The notes under the pieces are model-generated. The model was not told the origin of the DNA. It was given only the letters and a program-made list of their open reading frames with translations, and searched no databases. A stretch of 63,626 nt of DNA, counting the filler, from Thraustochytrium aureum (lineage: Eukaryota): NCBI GenBank assembly GCA_012862495.1. It is 5 parts of 4 records of this genome, joined end to end, with 100 filler letters (N's around TTAATTAATTAA, not from the genome) between each part and the next. Parts side by side here need not be neighbours in the genome. Positions count along the whole stretch, not along the records: positions 1 to 30,983 come from BLSG01000316.1; 4 more parts are not named here. One strand, written 5' to 3'. The translations under genes and the position numbers were made by a program. The stretch's first letter is position 1; the number at the start of each line of letters is the position of its first letter. This document shows, piece by piece, positions 12,217 through 23,766 of this stretch.

Positions 12217-13406
12217 GTTGGTTGGTCACTGGACGACCCGCTCAGCTCGTCCCAACGTGAGATCCCTCCACCCCTTTATAAATGCAAGATTTTTACAGAA
12301 ACGCCTCGGCTACCCAACTAGCGCCCACGACGGCCGTCGCCGCCCCCAGCGCCCTCGCCTCACCGCTACGGCAAGCCGGCATTTCTGCTAGCTCATCCTT
12401 GGCGGGGTGGGCAAACATGGACGGCGAGGCCCGACTTGGTTTGCAACTTGTGGCGTCCGGCAGCGCCGAGCGCATGGAGGTGGGCACCTTGAGGCATGGA
12501 GGCACTTGCTCAAGGTGCCTCGCGCTCTGCTCGGGAGCACTCACCGGGCACGGCGGCCAGTTCGTGCCGCAGCTGGCAATGAACGCTCACGCTCGGGTTG
12601 ATTTCAATGCATGTCTACTTGGTACCGGTAAGGTGTGCGCCGGCAGCGCGTTCCTGCGAATGCGGACTAGGAAAGGGTTCCGCAATGGTTGGCACAAGCG
12701 CCAGTCAGGTTTGCAGGCAAGCAGACAGACACCCAACGCGGNNNNNNNNNNNNNNNNNNNNNNNNNNNNNNNNNNNNNNNNNNNNNNNNNNNNNNNNNNN
12801 NNNNNNNNNNNNNNNNNNNNNNNNNNNNNNNNNNNNNNNNNNNNNNNNNNNNNNNNNNNNNNNNNNNNNNNNNNNNNNNNNNNNNNNNNNNNNNNNNNNN
12901 NNNNNNNNNNNNNNNNNNNNNNNNNNNNNNNNNNNNNNNNNNNNNNNNNNNNNNNNNNNNNNNNNNNNNNNNNNNNNNNNNNNNNNNNNNNNNNNNNNNN
13001 NNNNNNNNNNNNNNNNNNNNNNNNNNNNNNNNNNNNNNNNNNNNNNNNNNNNNNNNNNNNNNNNNNNNNNNNNNNNNNNNNNNNNNNNNNNNNNNNNNNN
13101 NNNNNNNNNNNNNNNNNNNNNNNNNNNNNNNNNNNNNNNNNNNNNNNNNNNNNNNNNNNNNNNNNNNNNNNNNNNNNNNNNNNNNNNNNNNNNNNNNNNN
13201 NNNNNNNNNNNNNNNNNNNNNNNNNNNNNNNNNNNNNNNNNNNNNNNNNNNNNNNNNNNNNNNNNNNNNNNNNNNNNNNNNNNNNNNNNNNNNNNNNNNN
13301 NNNNNNNNNNNNNNNNNNNNNNNNNNNNNNNNNNNNNNNNNNNNNNNNNNNNNNNNNNNNNNNNNNNNNNNNNNNNNNNNNNNNNNNNNNNNNNNNNNNN
13401 NNNNNN

Positions 13407-16311
13407 CTCGAGCAGCTTGACAAGCGGTTCAAGGTGGGCGAGGTGACGCCATGCCGCGCGCTCTCCTACTCGCCAATCGAGGGCACCCTCTCCGTGAGCC
13501 TTGTCAAGTCCGTGATCGAGGCCTCTGCCCTCGTCCTGGACGAGGTCAAGCCCGGTGACCGTGTCAAGGGTGTGGTGAGCAAGGTCACACCAACTGGTCT
13601 GGTGGTCGCGCTCAGCGACCGGATCCAGGGGTTCGTCCCGCAGCAGCACCTCGCGGACGTGCACATCAGCGACCCCTCGAAGCGGTTCAAGGAGGGCCAG
13701 GCCGTGGACTGCCGAGTGCTTGCCAAGGACACTTCCGACGTGACGCGACCGCGCGTGTTTTTCACCCTTAAAAGGGCTCTCGTTCACTCGGACCTTCCGC
13801 GTATTGTTTCTCTCGAGACAGCCAAAAAGGGCGTCGTGTCGCACGGGGTGGTGACGGGCTCTGACAACGAGCGCGGCGTCTTTGTGACGTTCTACAACAA
13901 CGTGTCTGGTCGTGTCTTGCGGAGCGACTTGATCTCGCTCGCGATCGACAACCCCGCCGAGGTCTACAAGGTACGTTTGCATTGGCATTAGTTGCGGTTG
14001 TGGCGGCTCAGTTGTGTCTTGGCAGCCCACGTGTGCCTCCGGCGGCACCCCGAGGCAGATTTCTCTAGAACCATCTGCGACTCGGCGAGTCGCAGTCGGT
14101 TCAGACACCCCACTTGCTTGTCAGGGTTCGTGATAGCCCCTTTCGGGGGGCGATGTTGCGGACCTGTTACGCGAGTGGGACATCACGGCGCCGCTCCTCT
14201 TGCGGCTGTATCCACCCGTCACGTTCGTTCTGAGCGGGCGACCCGGACGCAGCCCTGGAGCAACTGCCTGGGGCGTACTCGAGAGTCGAGACCGCAGCAG
14301 CCTTCGAGGCGCGAAATCTGCGCGTCCCGTAGCTTGACACCCCACATTTGCTCTGCTGGAGGGTTTCTGAACGGGACGGCGAAGCCATGCAGCCTGCTAA
14401 CCCTGCTCTGTTTCGTTTCATGCTATTTCGCGGCAATGCGCAGGTCGGGAGCGTGATCAAGGTTCGCGTCTTGGATTGCCAAGTCGCTAAGCGGAAGCTC
14501 ACGCTCTCCGTGCGCACAGCTAGCGCAAATATCGACGCCGCCAAGTTTGAGGACGGCCAGTTCGTTTCGTGCAAGGTGAGCCGGCGCGCGGACAACCACA
14601 TCGTGGCCAAGCTGGACAGCGGGACGATCTTCACGATTGCTGCCCAGCACCTGACCGACGCACCAGCCCGCGCGGAAGCGGTTCTCGCGAGCACGAGTTT
14701 CAAGAAGGGGACGCGCATGCCCAACGCAATGGTCATCAACGCCGAGAGCGGACTCCTCTCCAACAAGCCGGTACTCATCGCTGCAAAGCATCACGGTGCC
14801 GTGCCTACCGCGCTAGCCGAGGTGACCCCGAACACGACTGTGGTGGGCTGGGTCTCGCGCGTCAACTCGATCGGGGTTTTCGTTGCCTTCCCCGGTGGCC
14901 TTACCGCACTCGCGCCCCGCGCCAATCTGGCTGACGGGTTCGTCACCGACCCGAAGGAGCACTTCAAAGAATACCAGACTGTCTTGGCGTACGTCTGCGA
15001 CGTAAAGCCCGAGCAGTCCAGGATCATCGTCACGCTCAAGCCGAGCGCAATCGAGGTCCCCGCTTTTGTGCAGCGCGCTTTCATGATCTCGACCCTGGCC
15101 GAGCTCAGGGCCCTGGAGCCCAGCGGCGCGGCGGGTCTTGCCACCGGCTCCGCTGTCAAAGCCACGATCANNNNNNNNNNNNNNNNNNNNNNNNNNNNNN
15201 NNNNNNNNNNNNNNNNNNNNNNNNNNNNNNNNNNNNNNNNNNNNNNNNNNNNNNNNNNNNNNNNNNNNNNNNNNNNNNNNNNNNNNNNNNNNNNNNNNNN
15301 NNNNNNNNNNNNNNNNNNNNNNNNNNNNNNNNNNNNNNNNNNNNNNNNNNNNNNNNNNNNNNNNNNNNNNNNNNNNNNNNNNNNNNNNNNNNNNNNNNNN
15401 NNNNNNNNNNNNNNNNNNNNNNNNNNNNNNNNNNNNNNNNNNNNNNNNNNNNNNNNNNNNNNNNNNNNNNNNNNNNNNNNNNNNNNNNNNNNNNNNNNNN
15501 NNNNNNNNNNNNNNNNNNNNNNNNNNNNNNNNNNNNNNNNNNNNNNNNNNNNNNNNNNNNNNNNNNNNNNNNNNNNNNNNNNNNNNNNNNNNNNNNNNNN
15601 NNNNNNGCACGCCGAGCCGCTGCTGATCGCGCAGATCGAGCAGGACTCGACGGACGAGCGCCGCATGCGTGCGCGGTCGCGCGGCGCGAGCTTGGACGGC
15701 TCTTAAAAAACCGGGCGTCCAAGGTTGTCATCAAGGAGGGCGCAGAGGTTGCGGGCAATATCCGCAACATTCACAACGCCTATATCAATGTTGCGCTGCC
15801 CGGCAGCGTCTGCGAAGTGGACCTTGCTGGCTCAGACCGTCTTCACGGGCAGCTGCATATCTGCGAGACGCAAGAGGCTGTTGACACGGTTCAGGGAGAC
15901 ATTGACAACGCCTTCGCCGCGTTCAGCGTTGGGCAGACCGTGCAGGGCACTGTGGTCAGCTTGGAACCCAAAGTTGACCACAAGTCGCGCAACATTGTGA
16001 ACGTCATTCTCACAACGCGCGGCGACGAGGGTCAGGGCGGCCCGCTTCGCCTCGAGTTGTCCGATGTCGAGCAGGGCCGCGTGTACGATGGGATCGTCGA
16101 GGAGGTGCTGCCTGACGGTCTTGGCGTCGCGCTTTCACGGACCGTTTTTGGAATCGTTTTCGCGACACAAGTGTCACGTGACGTCCAAACGCTCCACGAG
16201 ATCTTCAACAAGCGGAACCTGGAGGGGCCCTTTCGCCCAGGGTCGCACGTGAAGGTGCGGGTTTTGAACAGTGCGGACCCCAAGCGCCTCGCCCTCACCA
16301 TGATTCACTGA
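13407..16311 (+). CDS. RRP5: Rrp5/PDCD11-like tandem S1-domain rRNA biogenesis protein, partial (5' end in gap; intron, gap, frameshift near 15706)
   Basis: Several S1 repeats: VKPGDRVKGVVSKV...IQGFVPQQHLAD, HGVVTG...GVFVTFYNNVSG, VVGWVSRVNSIGVFVAFPGGLTALAPRANLADGFVTDP, GRVYDGIVEEV...GVALSRTVFG. Confidence 0.85.
13971..14443 (+). other. Spliceosomal intron in RRP5
   Basis: AAG|GTACGT donor, CTGCTAAC branch-like site near 14395, pyrimidine tract, GCAG| acceptor. Splicing gives the in-frame S1 boundary PAEVYK-VGSVIKVRVL. Confidence 0.85.
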
Positions 16312-16499
16312 ATAGTCTACAGATAACCCTTTGTTACTTGACCTCGAACGCTTGGCGGCCCGGCATAGTAGCGACACGTCTGTGGCGGGCGCCTACTTGG
16401 CACGGTCCGATTTGACAGGAAACCGCGCAACACTAGAGCGAGCAAAGGCAGCTATTGACAGGAGCGCACCACAGAGCCCTGTGGCGACGTAGAGGGCAA

Positions 16500-17744
16500 T
16501 CATATGGTGCTCCTCCGGCAACCGGCAGAGCTGCGGCGAACACACCCGCGTCGGCAAGGACAAACGTCAGCAGGCTGGCAGCTGGCCTGGCGGCAAGGGC
16601 GGCGGCGAAGCAAACTTACCTGGTACTCGATGGTCTGTTGCGCCTTGTTGACCCGCAAGACAGCAAAGCTGGGGTCGCGTCGCATCCGCCAGCTAAACGT
16701 TGGAAGGGTGATCTCCTGCACAGCCACCTGGCTGGGCCCGCCGCGCACCAGGTCGCGGTGCTGAATGTAGCACTGCGCGTGCGTGTGCCCGCTCAAAACG
16801 AGATCCGGCTTGATACGATCAAGCAGCGCCTCGGAGGCCTGCCGCGACAGAACGTCGTGGCCCACCTCGAGCGGAACATGCGGCTCCGAAAAGGTGACGT
16901 CGCCCCCCTCAGCGATGCGCTCCTTGCCGCAGCCGAGGTCGTTTTCGCGGTACAGCGGCATGTGCAAGAGCAGCAGCCGAAAAGGCCTTGGGCGGTCCGT
17001 GTGGCGCATGCTGTCTGCTTGCTGCAGATCGTGCAAAAAGTTGTTTACGTTTGCGCAGAGCGGGTCTGGGTCAGTGCGGCTCATATCTTCTCCAAAGCCG
17101 TGGCACCGATCAAAGACCATTTCGTTCACTTGAATGATCTCCAAGCTCCCCTTTCCAACGCGGGTCACCCCGTTCACGGGCCCAAAGGACGCTTGAAAGC
17201 GGCCGACCATGCGGCTTGTCATGAGCCGACCGGTGGCGGCGTCGTGGTTGCCGATCGTGCCGAGAATGGCCGTAGTGTTCGGGTAGACCAGCAGCGCCCC
17301 CCTGAATCGGCTCACGTACCTCTGCCAGGTCTTGATGTCGGTGTACCGAAAGCCTTCGTCAAGGTGGTCGCCGAGGCTAACAAACGCGTCTGGCCGAAAC
17401 CAGGTGGTGGCCCCAATCACGCTGCGCCGCAGCTGCCGGTCGGTCCACCACCTATCCACCCACGAGCGCTGCCGCTCGCCGAGCACATGCACGTCGCTCA
17501 CAACCAGCACGTCCACATCCTGGAGCGCCATGGCACCGTCCCTAAGCTCGCCCGCCCAGGCCGTCGAGCACCTCAACCCAGCCGTCGCCACGAACGCGAG
17601 CCACTCCACAACGAGCAGCGTGACCAGTACGCACAGCGCGACCCATCCGGCTGCTTTCGCCAGCTCAGCGCCGGGTCTGCGCACCACAGCCTTGAGCACC
17701 TCCACCGTCTTCATCGGCGCCGCGACGAGCCCAACCAGGGACAT
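16500..17744 (-). CDS. Metallophosphoesterase, MPPE1/PGAP5/Cdc1 family
   Basis: N-terminal TM anchor and calcineurin-like motifs VSDVH, LGDHLDEG, GNHD, LLLHMPL, LSGHTH and EITLPTFSWR. The 3' end is uncertain because a CAG|GTAAGT donor-like site lies at 16619. Confidence 0.85.
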   Translation of the reverse strand: MSLVGLVAAPMKTVEVLKAVVRRPGAELAKAAGWVALCVLVTLLVVEWLAFVATAGLRCSTAWAGELRDGAMALQDVDVLVVSDVHVLGERQRSWVDRWWTDRQLRRSVIGATTWFRPDAFVSLGDHLDEGFRYTDIKTWQRYVSRFRGALLVYPNTTAILGTIGNHDAATGRLMTSRMVGRFQASFGPVNGVTRVGKGSLEIIQVNEMVFDRCHGFGEDMSRTDPDPLCANVNNFLHDLQQADSMRHTDRPRPFRLLLLHMPLYRENDLGCGKERIAEGGDVTFSEPHVPLEVGHDVLSRQASEALLDRIKPDLVLSGHTHAQCYIQHRDLVRGGPSQVAVQEITLPTFSWRMRRDPSFAVLRVNKAQQTIEYQVSLLRRRPCRQASCQPADVCPCRRGCVRRSSAGCRRSTI

Positions 17745-18525
17745 CCCGCACCTCCCCACCGCCAAGCGCGCAGCACGCAACCGCAGCAAGCAACCGCGCA
17801 AGCAATCGGTGCCTTCTCCANNNNNNNNNNNNNNNNNNNNNNNNNNNNNNNNNNNNNNNNNNNNNNNNNNNNNNNNNNNNNNNNNNNNNNNNNNNNNNNN
17901 NNNNNNNNNNNNNNNNNNNNNNNNNNNNNNNNNNNNNNNNNNNNNNNNNNNNNNNNNNNNNNNNNNNNNNNNNNNNNNNNNNNNNNNNNNNNNNNNNNNN
18001 NNNNNNNNNNNNNNNNNNNNNNNNNNNNNNNNNCTCTCGCACGGCCTGCCTCGGGCCTTCGGCAGGCGCCCGCGAGACGCTGCCGCGTTGGGGCTCTGCC
18101 GAGCGCCTGCGCGACTTCCGAGTACATCGAATTGAGGGTCTGGCAATAATAGAGGGATTTTGTTCCGTTGAGACGATGGACCTCCAGGACGTGGAGATGG
18201 ACGTCGTGCATGCGGATGGACCTGCGCCAAGAGCCGGTCGGCGCGCGGAAGCTGGTCGGCCTTCGGCTGCAAAAGAGTTCGCAGAGCTCGACGACTTCGC
18301 GGCCTGAACGAGCGCGCGCGGCTGGACTTCGCCGCCGCTGTGGACGCGCGATAGTGGACGACGAGCGATATATATTTATTGCTCGGCGGAGTTTCGGGCC
18401 GGGACGTGGACGAGCTGGCCGGCCCTCGTCGGTGGCGGCGCTGGCTGTGGAGAGTGTGGGCGCCGTGGGGCTTGACAGGGCGCAGAGAGTCGCGCTGGCG
18501 GCGTCGTGGGCGCCCGCTCGACAGG

Positions 18526-19843
18526 ATGGAGCAGGGCCGGGACCCTGCGCTGCAAACGGACGAGCGTTTTGAAGGATGGGCGAGGCACGACTTGTACGGA
18601 CGGCGCGAGCAAAACGCCCCCATGCAAAAAGTGAAGAGCAGGGTGATGCACGGCGCGTCAATTTCGCTTGGTGAATCGTTTGTCATGCTGCTGATTGCGG
18701 TGCGCGCAGACTACAGGTTCGGCAACTCGGGCCCTTTTCGGCGCGCGAGCACTGGGCCTGCGCTTCCGAGCCTCATGTATGCGAAAGCACTGTGGTGCCT
18801 TCTGGTAGGCTGCTTTGCGCTGTACGCGTGGTTTCGAAAGCACCTTTTGCGGAAAGACGTCTGCCAAGCGTATGCCACGCTCCGCATTGTCGACTGGTGC
18901 CTCTCCTTTTGGCTCTTTGTCGCTCTGTTCAAGGACTTTGGTGACTCGCCGTGGGACCGGAGCTCGAGCATTCGCGCCTCGGAGCGAACGCTGTTCTTCT
19001 TCGCGCTCGCCATTTGTACTTTCTCACTCGTCAACATCGTCCTAAACCTTCGCAAGCTCCGCATAGAGTGGAGGCGGTTTCGGCTTTCTGCGTTCGTTCA
19101 GTACCGCGAGGAAACGCGCGACTTGCACAAGCAGATCGACGTTTCCGGCCTGGTGGATGTGCGAAGCGGGCCTGCCGCGACGAGCGCAGAGGTGGTCCCG
19201 CTCCCGACCGAGACATACCATGCGCTGCCCGCGCCAGGGGCCGTGGGCCTCTGGTGGCGCCGGCGCCGAATCGCAAGTAGAGATTTCGCTAGACGACTCG
19301 TTCTACGCTGGCGGGCGGCAGAACTGGAGCGTCAGCACGGGGACAGACATCGAGCCATTCTTCTCCTCGGGTGGCAGCATCCATGGCACCCACACGGGAC
19401 ACCCGTTCGGTCCATCACACCACGAGCCAATTGCATACTTTGAGATGGCAAGCAACGAGATGCAGACGGCGCGGACAGTTGGCGACGTCCCGACGCTCGA
19501 CATGTTTGCGCGCATCTCTCATGACGAGTTCATTCTCAGGTGGGAAGGCATGGCCGAGAGCGGCAACTTTGAACGTCACATTGCCCGCGTGCCCTCTGCT
19601 GACCAGATGCGAGCTCATCTCGGCCCGCGCGGATTCCAGCTCGTCGCCGCGGACGACATCGACCTCGGGGGCTTCCTGGCGACGCGTATGTACGTGTACG
19701 CGCAGAGCCAAGGCGCCGTGTTCCTCGTGGAGTTTGTGTTTGACGTGCAGAACCTTCACATCCAGGCTACCTTCAAAAGCCAGGACGATGACAAGACGCA
19801 CAACTTTGTGAGCCTGCTCGCGCTGCAAGACGTGCTCTACTAG
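18526..19843 (+). CDS. Membrane protein (3-4 TM) with C-terminal beta-adaptin appendage platform-like domain, frameshift around 19160-19260
   Basis: Hydrophobic helices in ORF 18379-19443. Overlapping ORF 19157-19843 ends ISHDEFILRWEGM...QMRAHL...FQLVAA...RMYVYAQ...VFLVEFVF...IQATFKS, which resembles B2-adapt-app_C. Confidence 0.6.
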
Positions 19844-20678
19844 CTAGAGCCGACGCGCGTGGCGCCAGCCCCCGGCGCGCCTCGTTGACCGTTTAAAAGC
19901 AGGCTAGCTCGAGCTACCTCTACTAGTAGAGAGAGACGAGGGACAAACCAAGTCGAAACAAGCCAACAACCCTTGTGCCGTCGCCCTCGAGGCCCGCCCG
20001 CGTCTCGCGGCGGCTCCCGCGCACAGCCAGCGCAAGCGGGCCCAAAGGAGAAGCCGATCCCCAAAAAGTCGTCGGCGATGGCCCCGAGCACTTGCAAGCC
20101 CGCCGGCGTTTCCAAATCAGCCACCGCAGAACCTCGTCCCCGTTGTCCCCCCCACTGCGTGCGTCTCGCCGCCCATGCGCGGCAAGAGCCTCGTGCGAGG
20201 TGGAGAGGACCGCGCATGCAGGACGATGAACGGGTATGGGTGGGACCCCTGACAGGTTAACGGGTCCGGCAGCACACTTCATCGAGCAGCAGAAGGAGCA
20301 GGTAGACCCCGACCGCAGTCGCAGCAGCAGCAGAAGAAGAAGACGACGACGAAGAAGAATACGACCGGGGAGGGCTCGGCGGCGACGAGCTCGCCTCGAG
20401 GCCTGACAGGGCGCCGGCGCTCGTGTCCGGTCTGTGTGACTGGCTGTCGGGGACCAGTTGGCCAGGGGCCAGACCTCAAACAATCCGTCGGTCCATCCGT
20501 CCGTCCGGCGTCCCAGGACCGCCCTCGCGCAGGCGCTGCCTGACGCGACCCGGACGGCGACGTTTGCGCCTGCTGCTGCAGGCGACGGAAAGACGCTGGG
20601 GCTGCCTGCTTTGTAAGCCGGCTGTGACGAAGGGCGAGGGGGGTTCGAGTGGACAAAGGCAGCCAGCCACCGGCTAGC

Positions 20679-23426
20679 ATGGGGTCGCGGGCGTACAACT
20701 CGCTGGCTGACAAGGCATTGGAGGATCTGGGAGACGCGGCCGACGCGATCGATCATGCAGTGATGCAGAACGAAGCTGGGGACGAGCAGCCTCCGAAGCG
20801 AAGGAGGGTCCACGGCGACCGAGACGAGCACAACGGGGGGAACGGCGCCTTCGGGATCGCAGTAACGGACGGGACTTGCACGCCAGCAACTGCCGCGGGC
20901 GCTACCGCGACAAACTCCGCATTGTAAATCCCGAAACGCTGCTGTTTGCGGCACAGCCGCCGTCGGCCAACGGCATCAGCGCCAGAGTGGGCCTTCGGTC
21001 ACCGAGGTCGGGCGGCGAGGCGAACAATGCAGCTGCGCCGGAGCCAGCTGAGCCCGCAGCCAGCAGCAAGTTCCCTGTGCCGATGTTTAGCCCGCGCTTG
21101 TCGCCGCGGCCGTCTGTCCTGCCCACCCTGCCGGCCCTCGGCTCTGTCGACGCGCCGACGCCTGCCGACAAGCTTCGCAAGCACACCGCGATTCACAAGG
21201 CTATCTTGGACGGAAACGCGGCCGCATTTGGTGAGGCTTTGGCGGCTGCGAGTGCGGCCGAGGTCGACGCCTGTGACGAGGCAGGGTTTTCCGCGCTGAT
21301 GAGCGCAGCTGCTGCTGTGAGCCCCGAACTTGCCACCGACTTTTGTCGAGGTTTGGTCGAACGCGGCGCGGACGTACACACGGTCGACCTGGAAGGGTAC
21401 AGCGCGCTACACTGGGCGGCTGCGATGGGAAACGAGGGGGCAGTTCGCGTCCTTGTCAATGGCGGCGCCGACGTGCACGCGCGGTCTTGCGCCAACGGCG
21501 ACACGCCGCTCCACCGAGCGGCGCGATTTGGCCAGGAAGCGTGCTTGACGGTCCTCGTGACCAACTTTGGCGCTTCGACAACGGTAAGGGGAGAGGCGTG
21601 AGCGGTTGTTTGTCGTGGTTGTTTGTTGGGAGGGCCGGGCGCGATCAGGCGTGAGCGGTTGTTTGTCGTGGTTGTTTGTTGGGAGGGCCGGGCGCGATCA
21701 GGTTTGCAGGTGTTTGAGCGAACAACCCACTCACGCAGCGCGGCGGTTCGCCACTCGCAGATCGAGAATAAGGAGGCGGAGTCCCCAATTGACGTGGCTG
21801 GCAAGTACTGCAACAATCGCGTTTTGGTGAACCGAATAAAGGGCAAGGTGATCAAGGCGTTCTACGCCGCAGACCCGAAGCTGAAAACGCTCATCCTCTA
21901 CCACGACGAGTGCTTGGAGCACCGCACGAGCAGCGTTCACCAAGAGGCGCCAGAGCGGCTCACGGCGATCCGTGACAAGCTGGCGCGATCCGTGGAGCCG
22001 TACACCGTGCACGAGACCAGCAACTTTGCGCCCGCCACGCGCGAGCTGCTCGCCTTGTGCCACGACGAAAAGTACATCAACTTTGTGTTTGACCTGCACA
22101 AAAAAGTGGCTGGCTTAGGCGCGCCCGTGCCGTTCACGCCCCGCGTCCAGGTCATGAACGGCGTGGAGGAGCACAAGGTGAAGGACGAGGGCGGCTGCGA
22201 CACGTTTTTCTCGCAGGGATCGCTCCCCGCCGCGCTGCGTGCTGTCGGCGCTGTTGTCAACGCTGTTGACCGAGTCACGACACGCAACCACCGCAACGCG
22301 TTTTGCTTGGTTCGCCCTCCAGGCCACCATGCAGGCGTGTCTGGTCTGTTGCAGGACGCGATCTCGTGTGGATTTTGCATTTTCAACTCGGTTGCGGTAG
22401 GCGCGCAGCACGCGCTGCGGACATATCCAGACAAGATCCGAAAGGTGGCCATCGTCGACTTTGACGTTCACCACGGAAACGGGACGGAGGAGATCGTGCG
22501 CGAGCGCTTCACGGACGCCAAGTCGGTGTTCTTCTTCTCCATCCACCTCTACGACAAGCCCAAGGATACGCTCGGCAGCGGCGAGTTTTACCCGGGGAGC
22601 GGGCAGAAGGACGTGCCGGAGCGAAACGTTTTCAATGCCCCGCTTGTTCCGCTCTGGCGCGTTCCGGCCTGCCGCACGCGTTCCAAGGCGCGATCGCGCA
22701 GCCCGATCAACGGTTCGGCAGCCTCTTCTCCGATCAACGCAAGTAGCGCCAAGACCGTCGTACCTGCGATAACAGGTGGAGAGGTGGTCGCAGCGGTAGC
22801 AGCAGCGCCATCAGCGGTCAGTTGCGCCGCGAGCAAGGGCGCCTGGCGCGCCGACGATTCTGGCGGGCCTGCCAGCTGCTGTTGGTCATCCCGGCACGCG
22901 TGCGCGGTCGCGTGGAAGCAGCATTTCAGGTAGCACGGGTGGCGGGCAGGTGAGCAGCGCCGCAAGCGTGACCTCCGAGCGGTCGCAGGCTGACGGGGAG
23001 GACTCGTCGCAAGGAGGCGCGAGCAGCCCGGTCGCACCGCCCAAGGCCGTGTATGGCCGTCAGGCGTTTCGGGAGAACATCGAGGCGCGGCTTTTGCCGG
23101 CTCTCGCGGCCTTCGAGCCAGACCTGGTGTTCATCTCGGCTGGCTTTGACGCCGGCAAGAACGACATCGGGTGTGGCAAGACGGAGAAGGGCAAGTACTT
23201 TTCGGGCATTGATCTTCTGCCAGAAGACTACCAATGGGTCACGCGGGAGATCCAAAAGGTCGCTCAGAGGACCTGCGATGGTCGGATCGTCAGCGTCCTT
23301 GAGGGAGGATACGGGCAGTGGTCTCGCTCCAAGCCAGCAGGCCCTGGGGCGCCTCGAAAGATGGTTCTGAACCGGGACCAACTGGCCGAGAACGCCGTGG
23401 CGCATGTGCGCGGCCTGTTTTTGTGA
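20679..23426 (+). CDS. Ankyrin-repeat class II-like histone deacetylase (intron plus frame disruptions)
   Basis: Ankyrin units GFSALMSAA, GYSALHWAA, GDTPLHRAA. HDAC motifs HQEAPERL, AFCLVRPPGHHAG, GFCIFNSVA, IVDFDVHHGNGT, PDLVFISAGFDA, SVLEGGY. Confidence 0.92.
21584..21760 (+). other. Intron in the ankyrin-HDAC gene
   Basis: ACG|GTAAGG donor and CGCAG|ATC acceptor, phase 0 on both sides. Splicing restores the ankyrin-type join GASTT-IENKEAESPIDVA. Confidence 0.85.
21594..21702. repeat. Perfect 53-bp tandem duplication inside the intron
   Basis: aggcgtgagcggttgtttgtcgtggttgtttgttgggagggccgggcgcgatc occurs at 21594 and again at 21647. Confidence 0.95.
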
Positions 23427-23550
23427 GGGCGCCGACCCGCATGCCAGCCCATACAAATCGTTTCTCAAGTCGTGAGCGTTGGTGGATTCGGCGCACGCCG
23501 TGCGGCCAGCCGGACCAAGAAGTTCTCCCCGCCCGGCAACTTGATAGACT

Positions 23551-23597
23551 TCATACATACATACATTCGGAGTACACATACATACATACATACATAC
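23551..23597. repeat. Interrupted (CATA)n microsatellite
   Basis: catacatacatacat...cacatacatacatacatacatac between two convergent genes. Confidence 0.85.
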
Positions 23598-23766
23598 GAG
23601 TACATGCATTGCGCAAAGGCACGGCGCACGAGAAGGGCGAGAAGCGCATGCAGCTCGCGGCACAAAGCGCGCGCTTGCCTTCAAGTCGAGGTTTCCTTGT
23701 TAGAACTACAGGCTTGGAAAATAGCTACTACGTATTAACTGCGCCAGGCCAGGGCAAGCACTCGAT

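Noticed and set aside
16455..18149. Long plus-strand ORF, and similar antisense ORFs at 2852-3880, 31731-33092, 48545-49789 and 53641-54711
   Set aside because: Shadow frames opposite real genes in high-GC DNA, with no recognisable motifs.
18034..18520. Upstream extension of the MPPE1 ORF across the gap
   Set aside because: No family motifs; it lies between divergent genes and is probably promoter or UTR.
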